Assembly: GCF_017876815.1 (NCBI RefSeq)
Contig: NZ_JAGIOS010000003.1
Coordinates: forward strand, 390,001-422,000
Origin: Sinorhizobium meliloti
GTDB taxonomy: Bacteria; Pseudomonadota; Alphaproteobacteria; Rhizobiales; Rhizobiaceae
Reading direction: 5' to 3'
Length of the DNA stretch: 32,000 nt
How positions within the stretch are numbered: the stretch's first letter is position 1; each line of letters opens with the position of its first letter. The position numbers were made by a program, and so were the translations under genes. The notes beneath the pieces are model-generated. The model worked only from the letters and a program-made list of their open reading frames with translations, had not been told where the DNA came from and ran no database searches. This document shows positions 25,852 through 32,000 of the stretch, one piece after another.

Positions 25852-26034
25852 ATGGCAGACGACAAGACTAAGACGGCAGCTGACCGCCGACTGGTATCGG
25901 GCACCCAGAAGTACGAGGTCGACTACTTTGCGAGGAAGCACGGCATCGCTGTTGCGGATGCACGCCGCATCATCAAACAGCACGGCAGCGACCGCGACGC
26001 TGCCGACAAAGCGGCCAGCCGCTTGAAGGGCTAG
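25852..26034 (+). CDS. DUF3606 domain-containing small protein
   Basis: MADDKTKTAADRRLVSGTQKYEVDYFARKHGIAVADARRIIKQHGSDRDAADKAASRLKG (60 aa). GGAAGGAGGG lies 6 nt upstream. Only this tail of track ORF 25498-26034 looks coding. Confidence 0.65.
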   Translation: MADDKTKTAADRRLVSGTQKYEVDYFARKHGIAVADARRIIKQHGSDRDAADKAASRLKG

Positions 26035-26749
26035 AGGCGATTCTGTCTCCTACGGAAGCCTAAGCTGAAAGCCCGCGTCTATCTTTGTCAGCGGGACGGC
26101 CCGCCTCCTCTCGCACCCTTTAGCGGCACGCGGATGCTCTCCTGTACTGTGGGGCTGAGCGGCCGCCGTTCTATTACGTCCGAAAGCCAACCGCCGGTAA
26201 AACATCCTCAGCAGAAGTCTTGGAAGCGCATTCAGCCGCAAACCGCAATCACAGTGGCTGCAACCAAAATGTGGTCAGTGACGGAGTTTTGCCGAGGGTC
26301 TTGTGCGAGGGAGAAGAACGGCGCTTGACCCGCCTCTTGGGCCGGTTCGCCACGGCTCGGGGGTTGCTTCACAACGCAAACCGCGCTCCCAAGTGGAGGT
26401 ATAAATGCGCGCAAACGGTAGAATGAGTGACCGACTTTGACGGAAAGCGCCCCTCAGCCTGCAACTGCCCCGTCCGCCAAGTGGCCTTGCGCGGTGTGAA
26501 GGCATTCAAGCTGGACGCCGCGCGCGTGACTGCCAGTTCTACTAGGAAAAATTATGAAAACGCTGCTCGATTCCAGAAGAATCGGTAACTGACGGTGCGA
26601 TGCAAGAGCCACCGAGGCAACGTCGCGGCCCTTGGACGACCAATACGCCGCCAATCGTCACCCTCACTGCAAGGAATAGGGTGTTGGCTCCCCGGCCCGT
26701 AGGAATTGATGCGAGACAACCAGGTCACGCTCTACGGTTGCCACGGGGC

Positions 26750-27754
26750 CTATAAACTGAACTGATAGGAAACCGGCAGCCAACGATAGCCTCTATCCTT
26801 CCGCTCAACAAACCCGAGCGAGGGGAATGACGTATGGTATCCGGCGACGGGAAGCCGATCGGTTGCAACCATGTCATAGATGTGCTGCCGGGTCTCCGCG
26901 CCTTTGGCCTTATCCATGTCGAAAAAGGCGTGCCACTCGGGATACGCAAGCGATGCTACCTCGTGATGGGCGCAATCGCCCCAGACGAGCAGTTGTTTGC
27001 CCTCGCTTTCGATGTGAAACGCGAGGTGGCCAGGTGTATGCCCATAGGCCTCGACCGCACGAATGCCGGGAACCACATCACTACCCGGTTTGATAAAGCT
27101 TGTACGTTCGGCCAAGGGAACGACATTTCTGGCGAAGAGCTTTGCCGACACATACTCGTTGTCACTGGGAGGGGCTGCGAGACGGTCCTCGGACGACCAG
27201 AAATTGAACTCCACATCACCGGTTGCATATCGAGCGTTGGGGAATAGTGGTCTTCCACCCTCGATGAGGCCGCCTATATGATCAGCATGGCCATGGGTCA
27301 GGACCACGACGTCGATCTGCTCCGGTGCAAAGCCGGCCGGGCCCAACAGGTTTGCGAGCCAGCCGCCATTGGGCCTCGGGACGAAGCCGTTTTCGCCGTT
27401 ACCGGTATCGAAGAGCACGAGCTCTTTGCCCGTGTTCACGATTGTGGGGGTAAAGCCCGGCCGAAATTTCCTTTCGGGAAGCAGGCTTTGCCGCATCAAC
27501 TCTTCGACCTCGGACTGCGGGCGATCTTGCCCGACGATAGGCCACGGTCCATCGAGCACGGGGCCGGCATCGAGGATATTGGTCACTTCAAATCTTCCGA
27601 GCTTGAAACGATAGTGCGTTGGCATTGACGGACCGAGCGGCATTCCGGCACCTTGTGCCGCCGACCCGAACAGGCCGGCTATCGCCGGAGCTGCTACCAA
27701 CGAAGCGGCCGAGGCCAGGACTTGCCGTCGAGATAAGTGGGGTAGAAGCATCAT
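26750..27754 (-). CDS. MBL-fold metallo-hydrolase with twin-arginine (Tat) signal peptide
   Basis: MMLLPHLSRRQVLASAASLVAAPAIAG is a Tat motif of SRRxVL type. The metal motif is VVLTHGHADHIGG (HxHxDH), with later His and Asp ligands. GGAGGA lies 6 nt upstream of ATG 27754; the track ORF extends to 27847. Confidence 0.85.
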   Translation of the reverse strand: MMLLPHLSRRQVLASAASLVAAPAIAGLFGSAAQGAGMPLGPSMPTHYRFKLGRFEVTNILDAGPVLDGPWPIVGQDRPQSEVEELMRQSLLPERKFRPGFTPTIVNTGKELVLFDTGNGENGFVPRPNGGWLANLLGPAGFAPEQIDVVVLTHGHADHIGGLIEGGRPLFPNARYATGDVEFNFWSSEDRLAAPPSDNEYVSAKLFARNVVPLAERTSFIKPGSDVVPGIRAVEAYGHTPGHLAFHIESEGKQLLVWGDCAHHEVASLAYPEWHAFFDMDKAKGAETRQHIYDMVATDRLPVAGYHTSFPSLGFVERKDRGYRWLPVSYQFSL

Positions 27755-27948
27755 GCGGTATCCTCCACGTGGGTACTGGTCTCTGCTAGAGCAGCTCCAC
27801 TGCGCTCGAAGCAGTGACCGCGTTAGCCGCAGCCGATCTGACCGCATAACGCTCCAGCACAGGTCATTCCATTTCTGCGAGCTTCACCTACACTGCAGTC
27901 CCGCGATCGAGATGAGGCTAGGTGGTCGCAAGTATTGGGAGGTTAGCC

Positions 27949-28752
27949 ATGTCGGCACCGGATGGCTTGTATGAACGTGCTGCTCCGGACGGCATGCTCC
28001 GGCCCTTTTGGCACGTGGATGAAGTGCATACGTTCTTTGTAGGACCTCTCGAGTATAACAGGCTCCACCAGCATGGCGCTCCCGTTTTCCTGGCAGGGAT
28101 CTACAGCGAATTCCGGCTGCGAATCCATGGGGGCCATTGGCATTCGTGCCGTACGGCGGTCATTCCCGCTGGTGTAGTTCACGAGCTTGATCTCTGCGGC
28201 TATCCGCTGGCCGTATTTTACGTCGAACCAAAGCATGGCGGCATCGAAGTACTTGTATCGCTGTCCGGCAATATTTGGGAAGTGGACGGCGTTGTTATGG
28301 GGCGCAGTGGCGAGGTTTCCGTCATGCGCGAGCTGTGGGAGGATAGTGCCGCCGCCAGATGGGCCGGTTTGGCTCTGGAGGACTTGCTCGCCTTTTCCGC
28401 ACGACGGGCCACTAAAAACAGAGACACGCGAATAGCGGCGGCTATTGATTACCTGCGAACACACCCGGGCGAACTCACCTCAGTATCGCCCCTCGCAAAG
28501 AGCCTAGGCCTTTCCTCGTCGCAGTTTCAACGCGTATTCACCCGAGAGGTGGGCGTGCCTTTCCGTCGCTACCGCGCTTGGAACCGGATGCGTGTGGCCA
28601 TAAGTGAGATCGTGAACGGCAGCAACTTTACGACGGCCGCCCACACCGCGGGCTTCTCGGATCAAGCGCATTTCACCAATGATTTCCGCCGGACTTTCGG
28701 CGCGCCGCCTTCAGTCAGTCTTCTGGCTTTGAGGAAGCCTCCTTCCCAGTGA
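27949..28752 (+). CDS. AraC family transcriptional regulator
   Basis: The C-terminal double HTH is LAKSLGLSSSQFQRVFTREVGVPFRRYRAWNRMRVAI...AAHTAGFSDQAHFTNDFRRTFGAPPS. GGGAGG lies 6 nt upstream of ATG 27949. Divergent from the MBL gene. Confidence 0.9.
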   Translation: MSAPDGLYERAAPDGMLRPFWHVDEVHTFFVGPLEYNRLHQHGAPVFLAGIYSEFRLRIHGGHWHSCRTAVIPAGVVHELDLCGYPLAVFYVEPKHGGIEVLVSLSGNIWEVDGVVMGRSGEVSVMRELWEDSAAARWAGLALEDLLAFSARRATKNRDTRIAAAIDYLRTHPGELTSVSPLAKSLGLSSSQFQRVFTREVGVPFRRYRAWNRMRVAISEIVNGSNFTTAAHTAGFSDQAHFTNDFRRTFGAPPSVSLLALRKPPSQ

Positions 28753-28760
28753 ATGCAAGT

Positions 28761-28783
28761 GGGTACGGGATAAGCCCGTCCCC
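28761..28783 (+). terminator. possible stem-loop just after the AraC gene
   Basis: GGGTACGGG-ATAAG-CCCGTCCCC forms a 9 bp stem with one mismatch. There is no U-tract. Confidence 0.25.
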
Positions 28784-29172
28784 AAGAGCGGGCTCCGGCC
28801 CCGGCCTTGGACGCCTGATGTTAACGTCTCGCTGTCGTTATTGGGCCATCACTAGACGGCGCATGTCGAGCGGCGGCCACGAACATTGGTGGGAGGCCGT
28901 GTCCCGCAAGCGCGCCAAACCTTGCCCTAGATGCGTCGGTGAGGTGCATTGATGCCTGTCAAAGCAAGGGTTGCACAATGAACGGCCTGCGGTTCGGATC
29001 TTTCAGGAGCTTTTACTCGGGGCCTGATTCAAGACTTTGACCGAGGATCCAACCAAGACCGGGCGTTCATCCAGCGTAGCGGGGGGCCGCCGGAAACCGA
29101 TTCTCAATGTCCGACATGAGGGGCGGCCGCAGGTAAGCGAAGCCCCCTTGTGGATGTCCCTCGATGGCGGGA

Positions 29173-29547
29173 TCAGGCCTCGGGTTCGTGGCAAACCACT
29201 TCGATGTTGTGCCCGTCCGGACCAATGACGAATGCTGCATAGTAGTTCGCGTGGTAGTGGGGGCGCAGGCCAGGAGCACCATTGTCTTTGCCACCCGCCT
29301 CGAGAGCCGCGCGATAGAAGGCTTCGACTTGCTGGCGATTGTCGGCCGTGAACGCCAAGTGAAGATGCGCTGGCTTCTCCTCGGTTTGGTACAGGCACAA
29401 TGAAGCCTTGCCCTTTGGGCTAAGCTCGACACCGTACGCCGGCAGACCCTCAGAGACTACGGCTACGCCGAGCGGTTCGAGTGCCTTGAGGAAGAACGCT
29501 CTGCTCGCTGCGTAGTCGCTGACGCCGAACTTGACATGGTCAAACAT
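29173..29547 (-). CDS. VOC (glyoxalase/bleomycin resistance/dioxygenase) family protein
   Basis: MFDHVKFGVSDYAASRAFFLKALEPLGV...HLAFTADNRQQVEAFYRAALEAGG...NIEVVCHEP (124 aa). A GGAGA RBS is present. The track ORF extends to 29697 without support. Confidence 0.85.
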   Translation of the reverse strand: MFDHVKFGVSDYAASRAFFLKALEPLGVAVVSEGLPAYGVELSPKGKASLCLYQTEEKPAHLHLAFTADNRQQVEAFYRAALEAGGKDNGAPGLRPHYHANYYAAFVIGPDGHNIEVVCHEPEA

Positions 29548-29887
29548 GAGTTTCTCCTGAAGTGTGTGGGCTTGCCTGACGAAGATACGCTCGGAGCATA
29601 CCTTTGCTGCGCACCTTGCAATGTCGACTTGGCTGCAACGGTCTTCGCGGGCGCTTGCGTCTGTGTCTTGATGGCATGTCTCAGCGATTAATGGCAAGGA
29701 ACAACGTGGGGAGTGAAGAACCGCAACACCCTAATTCCCATGACAAGCGGCTGTTCGGGCAATGTCCGGGCATTCGATCTTGCAATGGGTGTTTCCTGTG
29801 GCCGACCGAGGGTTTGGATCGGACCGCGACAACCTTCCGGCAGGTCGTGCGTTAGTAGACGAAGAAAATTGGAGCGCGGAGAGCACC

Positions 29888-30709
29888 ATGCCCTCAAGAT
29901 TTCGTTTCGACGTACTTGCGAAAGCCGGCTACACCGCCCGTGGTGTCGTGTTCCTTCTCGTTGCCGGACTCGCTCTTTTCTCCGGAGTGACAGGCGGTCA
30001 ACCGGAAATGAAATCAGCGCTCTTGACGCTGCTTGGACAGCCCTTCGGCCGGGCCTGGGTCGGATTGATCGGGCTCGGTCTGCTCGGGTTCGTCGCCTGG
30101 AGATTGGCCCAGTCTCTTGCAGATAGTGATGGCCACGGATCCGGTCGCAAGGGGCTCACTGTGCGCGGTGCACTGTTCGGCAGCGCCGCAATCTACCTTG
30201 GGCTTGCCGGCTACGCCCTTGGACATGCACTGTTTTCCGCGGGAGGAGACCAGGAATCGGGTGAGAAAGGGCTGGCGGAATGGATCATGTCGAAGCCATT
30301 CGGCTCATACTTGGCAATCGCGGTCGGGATCGGCTTCATCGTCGGTGGGGTCGTCACCGCCTACAAAGGCCTCACCCGAAAGTTCGAACGATATCTTCGC
30401 ATTCCCGACCGGAACCGCGTCCTTACGTTAATCTGCATTTACGGCCTCGTCGCGCGTGGCGCAGTCTTCGTGATTATCGGTATCCTGTTTGCCTATGCGG
30501 GATTCCGGGTCGACCCGGAACAGGCTGGTAGCATCAGCGATGCCCTGGAGTGGCTTCGACAACTGCCGTTCGGCTCGATTCTGTACATCGCGGCCGCTGC
30601 CGGTATTGCTGCTTTCGGCATCTATAACCTCGTTGAAGCGCGGTATCGCGTCGTCCGCGGCCCTGATCTGACAGCGGCGAAGCAGCCGATTTGGCTGCAG
30701 AAAATCTGA
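29888..30709 (+). CDS. DUF1206 domain-containing membrane protein
   Basis: MPSRFRFDVLAKAGYTARGVVFLLVAGLALFSG...QPFGRAWVGLIGLGLLGFVAWRLAQSLAD, with the motif repeated three times (ARGAVFVIIGILFAYAG..., LPFGSILYIAAAAGIAAFGIYNLVEA). Confidence 0.7.
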   Translation: MPSRFRFDVLAKAGYTARGVVFLLVAGLALFSGVTGGQPEMKSALLTLLGQPFGRAWVGLIGLGLLGFVAWRLAQSLADSDGHGSGRKGLTVRGALFGSAAIYLGLAGYALGHALFSAGGDQESGEKGLAEWIMSKPFGSYLAIAVGIGFIVGGVVTAYKGLTRKFERYLRIPDRNRVLTLICIYGLVARGAVFVIIGILFAYAGFRVDPEQAGSISDALEWLRQLPFGSILYIAAAAGIAAFGIYNLVEARYRVVRGPDLTAAKQPIWLQKI

Positions 30710-31003
30710 CCCGACTCAGCCGGCCAGGCCGAATTGACCGCCGGTTTCGAGAACTGGCACGTCGACTGTAGATTAGAACCCGCACAGTAATTGCGTAGGT
30801 TTGCAACCATCGGACGGATCTAAGTGTAGGCTTTGACTTCCATACTGAACGTTTGGGCGGGCAGGAGGAATTCCACAAATCCGAAATCGGTAGGGCAAGG
30901 CGACGCTTAGTCCTGCCGGCCCCAACGAACCTGGTGACGCTCGCGCTGCCGCCGCGCCCAACTTCAACTGTTCGGGAGCGTTGGTAAGCGCGCGGCCGGT
31001 TCG

Positions 31004-31855
31004 TCATGCCGCTGCCTTCCATCCGTCCCGGATGTGACGGTATCCATCGCGATAGACCACTTCGGGCGTCTCGGAGAAATCGCGCCAGACCTTCGTTGCT
31101 GCCGCGAGGTCTTTCAACGCGCGACCGAAGGCCTCGATTGTCAGCCAGCCGTCATAGCCGCTCGCACGGATTGCCTTGAAGGTCTCCGGCCATGGAATGT
31201 TGCCATGGCCCGGTACCCCGCGGTCGTTTTCTGAGATGTGGACATGAACGATTCGGTCCGCATTGCGGGTGAAGGCCCCCACGGGATCGGCTTCCTCGAT
31301 ATTGCTGTGGAAGGTGTCATACATGGCGCGAATGTTCGGATGCCCGATTGCATCAATATGAGCAGTAAGGTCGTCCATTGTGTTGACGAGATAACATTCG
31401 AAGCGGTTCAGCGCCTCGAGCGCAACGGTGACACCGCGCTGGGCGGCATGATCGCCGATCGTGCGCTGCGAGAAGATGGACCGCCTCAGTTCCGCGGCGG
31501 TGGGCCCGGTACCGGAGAACTGGCCTAGCGTAGAATGCAGTGGACCGCTTAGCGCGTGAGCGCCGAGGGCGGCCGCGCAGTCGATAGCCCATTGCATGTA
31601 GGCGATGCCGCGCTTGCGGGTCGCAGTGTCAGGCGAAATCAGGTTCATGGATGGGTCGCTCATGGCAGAAACAGCAGTGCGCTCCAGACCTATGCCATCG
31701 AGCAATGCGCCGAGGCGGCGGTAGTCGTCCGGAGTGCCCTCGAAGATCGGTATTTCTACACCGTCGAAGCCAGTCGCCCTGATGTCCCGGAGTAGCTTTT
31801 CATGTTTCCGGCTGACGCTCGTCGTCCAAAGAAACATGCACATACCGATCTTCAT
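31004..31855 (-). CDS. sugar phosphate isomerase/epimerase, ketose 3-epimerase-like (xylose isomerase-like TIM barrel)
   Basis: MKIGMCMFLWTT...VALEALNRFECYLVNT...MYDTFHSNIEEADP...VHVHISENDRGVPGHGNIPW...LTIEAF matches the E-D-H-E metal-ligand pattern of D-tagatose/D-psicose 3-epimerase-type enzymes. A GGGAGGAAGGAA RBS is present. The track ORF extends to 31912. Confidence 0.75.
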   Translation of the reverse strand: MKIGMCMFLWTTSVSRKHEKLLRDIRATGFDGVEIPIFEGTPDDYRRLGALLDGIGLERTAVSAMSDPSMNLISPDTATRKRGIAYMQWAIDCAAALGAHALSGPLHSTLGQFSGTGPTAAELRRSIFSQRTIGDHAAQRGVTVALEALNRFECYLVNTMDDLTAHIDAIGHPNIRAMYDTFHSNIEEADPVGAFTRNADRIVHVHISENDRGVPGHGNIPWPETFKAIRASGYDGWLTIEAFGRALKDLAAATKVWRDFSETPEVVYRDGYRHIRDGWKAAA

Positions 31856-32000
31856 GGTTCCTTCCTCCCGTTTCTCACTGCCGCGGTAACGCCTCCCCAC
31901 GCCGGTCGCCATCTGGTAATACCAAATGCGGCGATATGGTCAAGTTAGCAACGGCGATGATTTTGGACCGAAGCACCGAGACAGGACGGGCGCTTGTTAA

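Noticed and set aside
26334-26388. Possible AbcR-like small RNA (hairpin CTTGGG...CCCAAG with a CUCCCA anti-SD-like string)
   Set aside because: The stem is only 6 bp with a loop of about 40 nt. I could identify no terminator hairpin with a U-tract and no promoter. The similarity to known alphaproteobacterial sRNAs cannot be judged by eye.
26554-26592. 12-codon mini-ORF MKTLLDSRRIGN preceded by AGGAAAAATT
   Set aside because: It is too short and isolated to support. Nothing downstream suggests a leader-peptide attenuation context.
1-32000. Search for CRISPR repeats, tRNA/rRNA genes, IS elements with terminal inverted repeats, integrases, and defence or toxin systems
   Set aside because: I saw no regularly spaced direct repeats, no cloverleaf-like or rRNA-like segments, and no transposase, integrase or recombinase motifs in any frame. 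The only toxin-antitoxin-like element is the decayed ParE remnant. The repeats I did find are the 19 nt operator-like pair and the paralogous binding-protein genes.

Overview
High-GC, gene-dense window that reads like accessory (megaplasmid or chromid type) DNA of a Rhizobiales-like alphaproteobacterium. That placement is inferred only from protein families and sequence style. I can support about 30 intact CDS, 4-5 gene remnants and a few regulatory candidates. I saw no rRNA, tRNA, CRISPR array, transposase or integrase. Layout: (i) 1-702 (-), an aldo/keto reductase, divergent from (ii). (ii) A six-gene operon at 862-6515 (+): acyl-CoA dehydrogenase, SDR, DUF993-like protein, xylose-isomerase-like TIM barrel, etfB, etfA. 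(iii) A LysR regulator at 6531-7445 (-), divergent from (iv). (iv) A ~12.9 kb, 13-cistron, translationally coupled operon at 7608-20461 (+). It encodes an HcnC/OoxB-like flavoprotein, an HcnA-like 2Fe-2S protein, an HcnB/OoxA-like flavoprotein, a family-5 binding protein, a 59-codon ORF absent from the ORF track, an amidase-signature amidase, a second paralogous binding protein, two permeases, two ATPases, a TauE/SafE membrane protein and an atypical SDR. This operon is my best candidate for an undescribed opine-like or amide-conjugate catabolic system. (v) 20.46-21.67 kb, a decay zone with scrambled ABC-ATPase fragments and a frameshifted ParE-like toxin. (vi) 21675-25444, a visibly AT-richer orphan sugar ABC importer with no ATPase gene and unusually enlarged permeases. 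(vii) A permease remnant, a DUF3606 gene and ~0.7 kb of ORF-free DNA. (viii) A divergent pair of Tat-signal MBL hydrolase and AraC regulator, then a VOC protein, a DUF1206 membrane protein and a ketose-3-epimerase-like TIM barrel. Many long ORFs in the supplied track are antisense or out-of-frame shadows typical of high-GC DNA. All family calls come from reading motifs by eye; no database search was possible.
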